32,000 bases of DNA from Candidatus Saccharimonadota bacterium. GTDB taxonomy: Bacteria > Patescibacteriota > Saccharimonadia > Saccharimonadales > Saccharimonadaceae. This document shows, one piece after another, positions 1 to 8,548 of this stretch (position 1 is the first letter of the stretch; each line of letters opens with the position of its first letter). Position numbers and translations under genes: made by a program. Below the pieces are notes generated by a model. The model was not told the DNA's origin. It worked only from the letters and a program-made list of their open reading frames with translations, and did not search any database. The stretch covers positions 540,001-572,000 of the forward strand of contig JAIUPJ010000001.1 of NCBI GenBank assembly GCA_020160975.1, in the 5' to 3' direction.

Positions 1-109
1 AAAATGATGACATGATGACTGTCCTCTTTTTTGCATCTATAGGTATAGTGGGTGCTCTTGGTTTTCTTATTGGTCGACTTGTCTCGAAAATACGCGTATA
101 ATTTCTGGC

Positions 110-478
110 ATGACAGCGCAAGAAAAAAAGAAACTGACGCAGTCGCCAACTAGCGGCAATAAGCAGGGTTCGATAATGGCTGGTATTGTAATAGGGTGGT
201 CAGTATTATGGTTACTGGGAATCCCACAGCACTCGTATTACTTTGTGCGATGCGGGGGAAGGCTGCCAATACAGCACACATCTAGTATGATTGCGGGGTT
301 TGCGGCAGGTCGAGACGATGGATATCTCTTACCTTCAGACTTTCAGTACTACCATCCACCTTATCTGTGGACAACAAGCTTCTATTGTAGCGAGCAGGAT
401 GCGCTAAATGATGGTGTAGCGCCTGACCCGATGTCGGCATCGTATCGACTATATAAAGATGATCCGCGAGTTAAGTAA
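110..478 (+). CDS. hypothetical membrane-anchored protein (122 aa)
   Basis: Open frame with an N-terminal hydrophobic helix (IMAGIVIGWSVLWLLGI). Its stop directly abuts the stop of the convergent gene. No family recognised. Confidence 0.35.
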   Translation: MTAQEKKKLTQSPTSGNKQGSIMAGIVIGWSVLWLLGIPQHSYYFVRCGGRLPIQHTSSMIAGFAAGRDDGYLLPSDFQYYHPPYLWTTSFYCSEQDALNDGVAPDPMSASYRLYKDDPRVK

Positions 479-1915
479 TTATTTCGCGCCGGTTTTTCGC
501 AGTACGACACCAATTGTCTTAAATAAAATTCGTAGATCGAGCCAAAAGCTCCAGTTTTGAGCATAGTAGAGCTCGAGCTCTACGCGCTGGCTAAAGGCCA
601 GGTCGCTACGACCCGATACCTGCCAAAGGCCTGTTACCCCAGGGCGGACACTGAACAGAAGCGGCGCACGGTCGCTATAAAACTTCTTTTCCTCCTTGAT
701 GATAGGCCGAGGGCCGACGAGGCTCATATCGCCTTTTATGACATTGAGGATTTGAGCTACTTCGTCGAGTGAAGTCGCGCGGAGGAACTTACCAAACTTA
801 GTTATTCGTGGGTCATTTTCGATTTTGCGGGTTTTTTCGTACTCGGCCGCGAGGTCTTCACGGCCCATCTCACGAAATATTGTCGCCGCATCGGCGCCAC
901 AGTATTTCCAAATCATGGACCGAAACTTGTAAGTCTCGATTATTTCGCCATGAAGTCCGAGACGTGTACTCATGAAAAAGATAGGGCCAGGGTTGAAAAT
1001 CTTTTGAGCGATTGCGAGCAGGCCAAATAATGGAATCCAGAATATTGATGTAATTAAGACTACAAAGACGTCGAAGAAGCGTTTGAGGATTGCCCCCCAT
1101 CCAATCAACGGTGTCTGGCTCACGGTGATCATTGGGTAACCAAGGAAGACATCGACCGTGTTTTTGCCAGTGTAGAATTCGGGCTCGCCCGGAATGAAAT
1201 TGTACTGGATGTGACTAGTCTGGGCCGCACCCAAAATCAAGTGATTGCGATCCTCGCTGTCGTAGAGATCGGTCTGAATAATTGTCGTGATGCGTAATTT
1301 CTTGATGTCCTTGAGTGCTGCCTCTACGCGAGAATAATGTATGACGCCGAGGTGTGCAGGTAGCAAGCGGGCAGGCCCGGCGTAGGCAACGACTTGGTAG
1401 CCAGACTTGTGGTCACTGGCAAGAGAGTCGATGATATCGGTAGTGGCTGCAGAATTACCAATCACCATCACCCGGCTCACCCCACGCCCATATCGGTACA
1501 TTTCGTTTCGCACATCGCGGATAATTTCGCGCACAAGCATGATGGCAGCGGTTGAACCCAGCAAAACGTAAAGGGCAACCAGCCTCGCGGGAAAGATGTG
1601 AATATTGGTAGCATACTCCCAGCCAATCACCAGCAAGATACCTATGAACGTGCCAAGCATTATCCGGCTCCATTCGACGAGGCGACGACTATAGATATTG
1701 CTGCTGTAGAGACCGAGCGTAGCAAAAATCATAATCCAAACGGGTGCGATGATGACAAATCCTATCATGTATTCCATGGCATAGACGGTGTGAAGGAGCG
1801 CGCGTGGGTCGAGTTGTGTGCGGACAAAGTAGGCGATGGCGAAGACGCCAGCAAGAACCAGGATGTCTGCTGCCATCAGCACGAGACTATAGAACTTGGT
1901 GTTTTTAGAAGGCAT
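479..1915 (-). CDS. polyprenyl glycosylphosphotransferase (bacterial sugar transferase, WbaP/EpsB-like priming enzyme)
   Basis: 478 aa. N-terminal TM helices, then C-terminal sugar-transferase motifs: PGPIFF, KFRSM, DPRITKFGKFLRATSLDE, LVGPRP, RPGVTGLWQVSGRS. Confidence 0.9.
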   Translation of the reverse strand: MPSKNTKFYSLVLMAADILVLAGVFAIAYFVRTQLDPRALLHTVYAMEYMIGFVIIAPVWIMIFATLGLYSSNIYSRRLVEWSRIMLGTFIGILLVIGWEYATNIHIFPARLVALYVLLGSTAAIMLVREIIRDVRNEMYRYGRGVSRVMVIGNSAATTDIIDSLASDHKSGYQVVAYAGPARLLPAHLGVIHYSRVEAALKDIKKLRITTIIQTDLYDSEDRNHLILGAAQTSHIQYNFIPGEPEFYTGKNTVDVFLGYPMITVSQTPLIGWGAILKRFFDVFVVLITSIFWIPLFGLLAIAQKIFNPGPIFFMSTRLGLHGEIIETYKFRSMIWKYCGADAATIFREMGREDLAAEYEKTRKIENDPRITKFGKFLRATSLDEVAQILNVIKGDMSLVGPRPIIKEEKKFYSDRAPLLFSVRPGVTGLWQVSGRSDLAFSQRVELELYYAQNWSFWLDLRILFKTIGVVLRKTGAK

Positions 1916-1956
1916 AATGTGGTGGTATTATATCATTTTTCGCTACAATAGAGACA

Positions 1957-3282
1957 ATGAAGCACCTATCTCTGCCTCGTATCATTGCCGGCCTACTGCT
2001 TGTTATTTTCGGTCTGCTGGTACTACATGCGCCGCTGACGGTGTGGCTCACCGCACAGGGAGCGCCAGTGTGGGTAAAGGCATGGAAAGAGGTATTGCTT
2101 GGTGCGGCGGCTGTCATGCTAATGATTGACCTCATCAGACGCCACAAGGCGGATATACTGAACGATCGCTTGCTCTGGCTTATAGGTGGCTATGTGCTAC
2201 TTCATTGTGTCGTGGCATTTTTCGGCCAATCATCGCCCTACAGCCTGGGGGCAGGGCTGCTCATCGATCTGCGATATGTAGTGTTTTTTGCAACGGTATA
2301 TGTATTTTTACACGCATACCCACAATATAGACGTCGGTTTATAGTTGTAGTAATTGCTGGAGCAGGAATTGTCGTCGGCGTTGCCTTGCTGCAGCTCGTT
2401 CTGCCGCACGATGCGTTAAAGTATCTAGGTTACAGCGACGCAACAATTAAGCCGTATATTCTACTCGATGAAAACCCTCACTTTATTCGTATGAATAGTA
2501 CGCTGCGCGGGCCAAATCCGCTCGGGGCGTATGCAATGATGGTGCTGCTTGGAGTGGTCGCGTACGGCCTGGCGGTGGGGAGAAAACTAACAGACGGCCG
2601 TAAGAAAGCGCTTCATTTGTTCCTTGCAATTGGCGGTGCGGTAGCGCTATGGATAAGCTATTCTCGGAGTGCGGCGCTGGGCTTTGCAATCGGACTCATC
2701 ACGATGGTAGTGCTTCGGTATCGCAATCATCCGGTGCGGTGGCGGCAGTATATTACGACAGGACTTGTCATAGGTATGCTCGCACTTGCCGGGTACTCGC
2801 TTCGTGATACGGTATTTTTCAAGAACATCATACTCCACGACAACCCCACCACGGGTGCTGCGTATACCTCCGATCAAGGTCATAGCGATTCGCTGAAAGA
2901 GGGTATCGCAAAGATGTTGCAGCAGCCATTTGGAGCGGGTATCGGTAGCACCGGGTCGGCATCGATCGGCTCTCAAAGCCCGTTGGTAATCGAGAACCAA
3001 TATCTCATGGTAGCTCACGAAGTAGGTTGGTTGGGGTTGGCAATATTTGTGTGGTTGTGGGGCCTTGTACTTTGGCGACTATGGCGGGTTAAGCAAGACT
3101 GGTTAGCTACGACGGTACTGGCGAGCGGTGTAGGACTGGCGGCAATTGCATGTACATGGCCTGTGCTGGTCGATGACCCAGTGTCCATGATTTGGTGGGG
3201 ACTCGCGGCAGTCGCCCTAACGGTGCAAAAAGAATCGAAAGGAAAAAAGCATGGAACAACGACCCACAAAAAAGCAGCGTGA
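1957..3282 (+). CDS. O-antigen ligase / Wzy-like polytopic membrane protein
   Basis: 441 aa with many TM helices. Wzy_C-like loop WISYSRSAALGF. Divergent neighbour of the priming glycosyltransferase. Confidence 0.7.
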   Translation: MKHLSLPRIIAGLLLVIFGLLVLHAPLTVWLTAQGAPVWVKAWKEVLLGAAAVMLMIDLIRRHKADILNDRLLWLIGGYVLLHCVVAFFGQSSPYSLGAGLLIDLRYVVFFATVYVFLHAYPQYRRRFIVVVIAGAGIVVGVALLQLVLPHDALKYLGYSDATIKPYILLDENPHFIRMNSTLRGPNPLGAYAMMVLLGVVAYGLAVGRKLTDGRKKALHLFLAIGGAVALWISYSRSAALGFAIGLITMVVLRYRNHPVRWRQYITTGLVIGMLALAGYSLRDTVFFKNIILHDNPTTGAAYTSDQGHSDSLKEGIAKMLQQPFGAGIGSTGSASIGSQSPLVIENQYLMVAHEVGWLGLAIFVWLWGLVLWRLWRVKQDWLATTVLASGVGLAAIACTWPVLVDDPVSMIWWGLAAVALTVQKESKGKKHGTTTHKKAA

Positions 3283-3640
3283 GCTCCTGAGTTTTATTGA
3301 CGGATTTATCAAGGGCAACGGCTATGGGCCGAGCTATCGGGAAATCATGCGTGCGCTAGACTACAAAAGTGTGTCAACTGTCGCAACTCATGTCAATGGG
3401 TTGATCGCGCGCGGTTGGTTGGCAAAAAAAGACAATTCGGCTCGCACACTCGAGGTTGTAGGCGAGACGTCGCCGTCGGGTGCTGCTGCGGCATCATCAT
3501 CGACCGAGCAGGAGATTCGCCGCAAAATTGAAGAACTGCGCGGCCAGAACAATGACGAACATGCGGCAGCAATTGCGGCGTTGCTCACGACGCTTGATCT
3601 CTTGGGGTATGGGCCACGAGACGATACTACTCTTGCTTAG
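3251..3640 (+). CDS. LexA-type winged-helix DNA-binding protein lacking the S24 peptidase domain
   Basis: 129 aa. The N-terminus (KKQRELLSFIDGFIKGNGYGPSYREIMRALDYKSVSTVATHVNGLIARGWL) matches the LexA DNA-binding domain pattern. An Ala/Ser-rich linker and a short helical tail follow. No Ala-Gly cleavage site and no Ser/Lys peptidase module. Overlaps the upstream gene by 32 nt. Confidence 0.65.
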   Translation: MEQRPTKKQRELLSFIDGFIKGNGYGPSYREIMRALDYKSVSTVATHVNGLIARGWLAKKDNSARTLEVVGETSPSGAAAASSSTEQEIRRKIEELRGQNNDEHAAAIAALLTTLDLLGYGPRDDTTLA

Positions 3641-3657
3641 CAAGGTATAATAGAACT

Positions 3658-5370
3658 ATGCGAAAAGTGAAAACGTCTCTTGCGCGAGTCGTGCGCCGAC
3701 TGAAATCGTGGTCGCGGCGTGACTGGTTGCTGCGTGTTGGCGCGCCAGTTATCGGACTTATCATTTTCTTCCAACTATGCTATCCAGCCGACCGAATGTT
3801 GCCGTTTACTCGTGTGGACGGCGTCTCAGTGGCTGGCATGACACGTACCGCCGCCGCACAGTTACTCAACCAGGCGTACGATACTCATTCGATTGCGATT
3901 TACATGGGTGATGACAAAAAACCAGTGACATCGCCAACGCTTAAATCTGCTGGGATAAAAGTCGACAACACGCCACGCATAGAGCGCATGAATTACCCCT
4001 GGTATATGCGGCTGATTCCGACGTCATTGCTATGGGCTGGTCTCAAGACATCACCAGTCCCAGCTCCGGCATTTGGCGACAATTTTGACGCCTATGTCGA
4101 GGCCACGATCATGCAGAAGTGTCGTGAGGACCCGGTTAATGCCAGTCTCAAAGCAGCGGAAGATAAACTTGTCGTCGTGCCGTCAAAACGCGGTGGTCAG
4201 TGTGAGAAAAAAGATGTACTTGCTAGTATGAAAAAAGTTGCGCCAGTGGCAGACCGCGAGACGTCGATTCGCGTGGCACGAAAAGCAATTGCTCCGGCTG
4301 TTGATGACGATCAGGCAGCAGCTAAAGCCAAGGAGCTAAACGAGCGCCTGAAAGACGGGATTGGTGTCACTGTCAACGACACCGTGAAGGTTGCGCTCGC
4401 CAAAGATGCTTTGTCATGGCTTGATATCACAGTAAAAGATGACCATCTTGTCGCCACAGTAAGTCTAGAGCGTGCAGCGAGGTGGCTCGATGCGACGGTA
4501 GCGCCGGCTGTGGTGGTGAAGCCTGGTACATCGTACATTACGACCAAAGACTTTACTGAGACGTCGCGCCAAGACGGTGCTGCCGGACAAGCGCTCGATA
4601 TTGCAGGAACTTTTGCCCGCATACAAGAGGTGGTTGATGGTGTGCTGGCGCGTGCTGCAGTCGTTACGAAAGCCGTGCCGCCACTCGAGCAATATACCCG
4701 AACTTATAGCGCAAGTGATGCAGGGCTAACTGCGCTAATGACCAACTATGCCAAAGACCATCCGGGGACATTTGGCATTTCGATGGTCGAGCTCGATGGC
4801 AAAAAACGCCGCGCAGAGTATAACGGCACCAAGCAATTCGTAACAGCGAGCACCTACAAATTGTTTGTGGCATATAGTTTGATGAAACAAATTGACGCCG
4901 GAAAACGGGATTGGGATTCGAGTGCTGCATGTTTCAACAAAATGATTAGCCAGAGCGACAATGCCTGCGCGGAAAGTTTTCTCACAAGCCTTGGACTTAC
5001 GAATGTGACAAAAGATATCAATGCAATCGGGTTGAAAGATTCTAACTTTACGAAATCAGGTGGTCCGTATACGACGGCTAACGATCTCGCGCTGCTTACG
5101 GGTATGATAGCGACGGGCCAAAACTTTTCATCAGCCAACCAGCAGCGGTTGATTGCCGCGATGAAAGGCAATGTCTATCGTAATGGCATTCCAGCGGGTG
5201 CGGGCGGCACAGTTGCTGACAAGGTCGGTTTTATGGGCGGGTTGCTGCACGATGCGGCAATTGTCTACGGGCCAAACGGCACGTACGTGCTCGCCATCAT
5301 GACCGACGGCAGCAGCTGGGCGACAATCGCTGACTTGACTCGTCAGCTCGATACACTCCACGCTCAGTAG
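3658..5370 (+). CDS. membrane-anchored serine hydrolase (class A beta-lactamase / PBP-like fold)
   Basis: 570 aa with an N-terminal TM anchor (LLRVGAPVIGLIIFFQL). The C-terminal module carries S-x-x-K (STYK), SDN (QSDNACAE) and a K-x-G-like motif (DKVGF). Confidence 0.7.
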   Translation: MRKVKTSLARVVRRLKSWSRRDWLLRVGAPVIGLIIFFQLCYPADRMLPFTRVDGVSVAGMTRTAAAQLLNQAYDTHSIAIYMGDDKKPVTSPTLKSAGIKVDNTPRIERMNYPWYMRLIPTSLLWAGLKTSPVPAPAFGDNFDAYVEATIMQKCREDPVNASLKAAEDKLVVVPSKRGGQCEKKDVLASMKKVAPVADRETSIRVARKAIAPAVDDDQAAAKAKELNERLKDGIGVTVNDTVKVALAKDALSWLDITVKDDHLVATVSLERAARWLDATVAPAVVVKPGTSYITTKDFTETSRQDGAAGQALDIAGTFARIQEVVDGVLARAAVVTKAVPPLEQYTRTYSASDAGLTALMTNYAKDHPGTFGISMVELDGKKRRAEYNGTKQFVTASTYKLFVAYSLMKQIDAGKRDWDSSAACFNKMISQSDNACAESFLTSLGLTNVTKDINAIGLKDSNFTKSGGPYTTANDLALLTGMIATGQNFSSANQQRLIAAMKGNVYRNGIPAGAGGTVADKVGFMGGLLHDAAIVYGPNGTYVLAIMTDGSSWATIADLTRQLDTLHAQ

Positions 5371-5519
5371 GCATGCCTACCCATCCATCGTGAACATGTG
5401 ATTGTGTAAATTGACATAGAGACATCGGCCCCTGCACCAGAGTGTTTACACCTTAGAGCGAGTGAGGTAAAATAAACGATGTATCTATCACCAGATGATA
5501 GACGTACCTTACATTTTAT

Positions 5520-5594
5520 TCCGGCATAGCTCAGTGGTAGAGCGGATCGCTGTTAACGATTAGGTCGCTGGTTCGAGCCCAGCTGCCGGAGCCA
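5520..5594 (+). tRNA. tRNA-Asn (anticodon GUU), CCA encoded
   Basis: Hand-folded cloverleaf. Acceptor TCCGGCA/TGCCGGA. D arm GCTC-AGTGGTA-GAGC. Anticodon stem GATCG/CGATT with loop CTGTTAA (GTT at 5552-5554). T arm GCTGG-TTCGAGC-CCAGC. Discriminator G followed by CCA. Confidence 0.92.
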
Positions 5595-5849
5595 TGAATT
5601 AGATTCAGCACAAAAAGCCATCGTTTCGAATGGCTTTTTGTATTTCCACCTCAGTAAATCTCCGTCTAGTTCTAAGTTCGAGACTACAAGGTTTAGGATG
5701 CTACGCTTTTGTTCATGATTGGCCTTTTTAAATAGATTTTGGGCGTTGTGGGACAGTCTTAACAGATGAGAAACTGTTCCATAGTACTCGTCATTGGTAA
5801 GTTCGAGACTTTCTCTTTGCTCTTGCTTCAGTTTGATCTTCGAGTTGAA
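5556..5849 (-). pseudogene. in-frame C-terminal remainder of the serine recombinase (98 sense codons after the TAA)
   Basis: The same frame stays open for 98 codons: FNSKIKLKQEQRESLELTNDEYYGTVSHLLRLSHNAQNLFKKANHEQKRSILNLVVSNLELDGDLLRWKYKKPFETMAFCAESNSWLRQLGSNQRPNR. I checked every triplet by hand. The frame passes through the terminator hairpin and the 3' half of tRNA-Asn. It stops at the complement of anticodon-loop bases 5553-5555. Confidence 0.6.
5612..5639. terminator. bidirectional hairpin terminator between tRNA-Asn and the recombinase gene
   Basis: AAAAAGCCATCG-TTT-CGAATGGCTTTTT. About a 12-bp stem with one bulge. A-run and T-run flanks give a U-tract on either strand. Confidence 0.6.
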
Positions 5850-7028
5850 TTACTCAAACTTTCGGGTGTAGAAATCTTCAGATATTTTGTTATCCAAGTA
5901 GTCTTCATAAACCTTCTCTTTCCGTGACTGATATTTCTTGATTTCAGCTTCAATTGCAGTCATATCTGTTAGATACCGCTGTTTCTTTTCTTCGTGAGAT
6001 TTGCGTAGCGCTTCACTCACTTGAATGTACGCCTGCTTAGGGATGGAAATAGATTTTAGGATCTTCATTACTTGAATGGTGATCTTATCTTCATTTATGT
6101 AAGTGACATAGTGATCTTTTCTTTTGCTGGTGCAGTGACCATAAATGTACTTTTGCTTCTTAGTCTCAAATGTAATACCACAGCCACACTCGGCACACTT
6201 AATCAGTCCACGATAGGGAAAAGGTAAGCCACCCCACCTATGTGGTTTTACTTTGTATCCTTCGCGTACAGACTTAGCTTGCTCGAATAACGAGTAAGGG
6301 ATAAGAGGTTCGTATTTATGAGGGTATATATCACCCTTTACGCGCATCTCGCCGTAATAAAAGGGATTTTTAAGGAGCTGATCGATACGACTCGATCCTG
6401 CTTTAAGTCCATACTCACTGCGCCATTTCTTAGCGATTACAAGTAGGGAATAATTGCCGCTCGCGTACATCTCGAACGTTTTTCGAATGAGGCTGGCGGT
6501 CGTCGGATCGGGTTCGACCCATTTCTTGCCATCCTTGACCGTATTTAAATAGCCTATGGGCGCTCTGCCGCACCATTCGCCATCACGCCACTTCTGTTGA
6601 TTACGACGCTTTACGTTGTCGCTGATAGAGTCTGAATAGTATTGAGCCGTCGATACTCCCATATTAAGCATGAAGTGTTCTTGAGCAGATGAAGTTTTGC
6701 TGATGTAGAGGCTGTCGGACGGAAAGTGAATTTCAATTTTACCTGCTCGGCAAAGATTGTTTAAGAGACTTACTTCGTTGGAGTTTGAATTGCGTGTGTA
6801 GCGATCAATCTTATCAAATACAAGTATGGATATATCGGGTTGTGAAACGATTTGATCAATAATATCTTTGAAGCTTGCTCGATTACCCATATAGGCACTT
6901 TCTTTAATTTCAAAGAGCTCATATTCGAGATCTTTACGTGTGGCATAATCCTTTAGCCGGTATATCTGTCCGGGCAGCGCATCGGATTGATCGTCAGTCG
7001 ATACTCGTGCTATAAGGAATGCTTTCAT
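5850..7028 (-). CDS. large serine recombinase (integrase), ends at a premature in-frame TAA
   Basis: 392 aa. Resolvase-type catalytic N-terminus (FLIARVSTDDQ, catalytic Ser in RVS). Recombinase domain. Zinc-ribbon cysteines (CAECGCG...GHC). The start of the coiled-coil follows. AGGAG Shine-Dalgarno 6 nt upstream. The frame continues past the stop (next feature). Confidence 0.85.
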   Translation of the reverse strand: MKAFLIARVSTDDQSDALPGQIYRLKDYATRKDLEYELFEIKESAYMGNRASFKDIIDQIVSQPDISILVFDKIDRYTRNSNSNEVSLLNNLCRAGKIEIHFPSDSLYISKTSSAQEHFMLNMGVSTAQYYSDSISDNVKRRNQQKWRDGEWCGRAPIGYLNTVKDGKKWVEPDPTTASLIRKTFEMYASGNYSLLVIAKKWRSEYGLKAGSSRIDQLLKNPFYYGEMRVKGDIYPHKYEPLIPYSLFEQAKSVREGYKVKPHRWGGLPFPYRGLIKCAECGCGITFETKKQKYIYGHCTSKRKDHYVTYINEDKITIQVMKILKSISIPKQAYIQVSEALRKSHEEKKQRYLTDMTAIEAEIKKYQSRKEKVYEDYLDNKISEDFYTRKFE

Positions 7029-7050
7029 AAATTCTCCTACTTAAAATGGA

Positions 7051-7139
7051 CGGTTGTGGCTACCCAAAAAACACTGAGCTTTCTGGCACAACCGCCCATT
7101 AAGAGCAGAAAATAAAAACACAGTGTCGTTTTGGGTAGC
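7051..7139. repeat. interleaved inverted repeats in the recombinase 5' leader
   Basis: CGGTTGTG (7051-7058) pairs with CACAACCG (7087-7094). GCTACCCAAAAAACACTG (7059-7076) pairs with CAGTGTCGTTTTGGGTAGC (7121-7139), as 11 bp, an internal loop, then 5 bp. Confidence 0.6.
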
Positions 7140-7148
7140 TTCTTTATT

Positions 7149-7703
7149 CTACTGCTTTCCATAGCGCCTAGACAATATGTCCGAGGCAGATTCGGTGCGG
7201 TGATATCTTGCTGTGGTTTCTGTAGTGTTATCTGTAATAGATCGTTTGTTATCACCTAGCTCATCTTGGCGTTTTTCGCCTAATTTAATGTGTCCTTTTG
7301 TGAGAACTATGCCTTTTCGCTCCGCCTCTGATACCGTTACCTCAATGAGACGATTGTAATTCAAGCGGTAGTGCCGTTTTGCGGGTATACCTTTTCGGAC
7401 TACATCCAAAAACCCAAATTCCTTGCCTTTCTTAATGGCCAGTTTTTGCTGTGCCGATTTGAGACCAAGTTCCTTCACGAAATCTTTTTCGGTTTTAAAT
7501 ATATAGCCGTCCTTGCGAATTTCCATGCCCTTCCAGAACAATAATTGCGAGATCATTGCAGCTAGGGGGTACTTGAAAATTAATACTAATTTTGGTGGAA
7601 TTGGTTTCGGTTTTTCTTGACCGAATAGATCAAAGTAGCTTTTTTGGAGGGGTCTCAAGCCTCTTGGTTTGTTTTGGTTGTTGTACATCGATCTTCCTCT
7701 CAA
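7149..7703 (-). CDS. putative winged-helix DNA-binding protein (replication-initiator/RepA_N-like pattern)
   Basis: 184 aa. The segment YPLAAMISQLLFWKGMEIRKDGYIFKTEKDFVKELGLKSAQQKLAIKKGKEFGFLDVVRKGIPAKRHYRLNY resembles the wHTH of replisome-organiser/RepA_N proteins. Assignment by eye only. An alternative Met start lies at 7688. Confidence 0.4.
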   Translation of the reverse strand: MRGRSMYNNQNKPRGLRPLQKSYFDLFGQEKPKPIPPKLVLIFKYPLAAMISQLLFWKGMEIRKDGYIFKTEKDFVKELGLKSAQQKLAIKKGKEFGFLDVVRKGIPAKRHYRLNYNRLIEVTVSEAERKGIVLTKGHIKLGEKRQDELGDNKRSITDNTTETTARYHRTESASDILSRRYGKQ

Positions 7704-7826
7704 TCTCTGCGAGAACGTTAAAGAATGCGATTAATTGTTCTAGTTCGTTTGCATCCAACTTGTCCTGCATAAATAGCAGTTAAACAAGGCGGGGTGTCTG
7801 TTAATTACACGGACAAAAGTAAGGTG

Positions 7827-8354
7827 TTAATTTGGGTAAAACCAGAAAAACTCTTTGCCTTTAACGCTAAGAGTATCGATTTTCATTTCATCATGTAGTC
7901 TAGTTTTGATTCGATGTGCCGCTTCATATACTTTCCTTGGTGTATCTAGAGATTCATTACCCTTTTTTCTGAATGACTCCGCCACTTCTGTGCATTGCCA
8001 CTTTGTCGCGCGGGGTTTGCCTGACTTTATAACGAACATAGTTTTGAGAAGGTCATTTTCGATGGTGTTACTAAAATCAATTCGATAGTATTTCTCAACT
8101 GTTATTTCGGATGTTCTGCTATTGTAGCGAAGCCGTAGAAACCCTGAACGCATAAACATGATTGAGGACAGCGCATCATGCATCATGTCTAGTTTTTTGT
8201 TTGTTCTTGTCAGCTCTACTCTTAATTTCGTTTCGAGTACTTGAGACTGTATGACTTGAAAGTAAAGGTGCTTCACTACATCTCGAAGTGGAGCATTCGC
8301 AAACTGCCTGTCGGTCAATACTTCTAATAATTTATCTTCGTCTTTATTTGTCAT
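7827..8354 (-). CDS. hypothetical protein, possible C-terminal winged-helix
   Basis: 175 aa ORF in the element maintenance module. The C-terminal PRKVYEAAHRIKTRLHDEMKIDTLSVKGKEFFWF is loosely OmpR/trans_reg_C-like. Confidence 0.4.
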   Translation of the reverse strand: MTNKDEDKLLEVLTDRQFANAPLRDVVKHLYFQVIQSQVLETKLRVELTRTNKKLDMMHDALSSIMFMRSGFLRLRYNSRTSEITVEKYYRIDFSNTIENDLLKTMFVIKSGKPRATKWQCTEVAESFRKKGNESLDTPRKVYEAAHRIKTRLHDEMKIDTLSVKGKEFFWFYPN

Positions 8355-8428
8355 AGTCTAGTCTCTATCTACAGTATAGGCGATTTGTTATTATAGGAGA
8401 GTCTAAGTCAGTTGTAGCGAGTACAGCC

Positions 8429-8452
8429 ATTATTTGTATATTATTTGTATAT
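8429..8452. repeat. tandem 11-bp repeat ATTATTTGTAT x2.2 in a divergent promoter region
   Basis: Exact copies at 8429-8439 and 8440-8450, followed by a partial AT. The period equals one helical turn. Confidence 0.7.
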
Positions 8453-8522
8453 CGAGTGATTGTGTTCATAAATGGGCACCCACTCGACAAACAGTTCGGA
8501 CACAATCCCTACTGCTGGCTTA

Positions 8523-8548
8523 GACACCTAGAGCGGGTGTCCTTTTTT
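8523..8548 (+). terminator. intrinsic-terminator-like hairpin in the leader of the 8569 gene
   Basis: GACACC-TAGAGCG-GGTGTC followed by CTTTTTT. It lies about 20 nt upstream of the AAGGAGGG Shine-Dalgarno of the next gene. Confidence 0.4.

Noticed and set aside
12-101. 29-codon plus-strand ORF at the left edge (MMTVLFFASIGIVGALGFLIGRLVSKIRV)
   Set aside because: It is a plausible tiny TM peptide. It is too short and too close to the window edge to support without conservation data.
5850-5852. Stop-codon reassignment (TAA read as sense) to explain the split recombinase
   Set aside because: Many well-supported genes in both the flank and the island terminate at TAA, for example at 478, 10465 and 24050. 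A nonsense mutation or a sequencing error is the simpler explanation.
7037-7255. 72-aa minus-strand ORF overlapping the int leader and the end of the wHTH gene
   Set aside because: It overlaps a better-supported gene and the inverted-repeat leader. It has no start context and no motifs.
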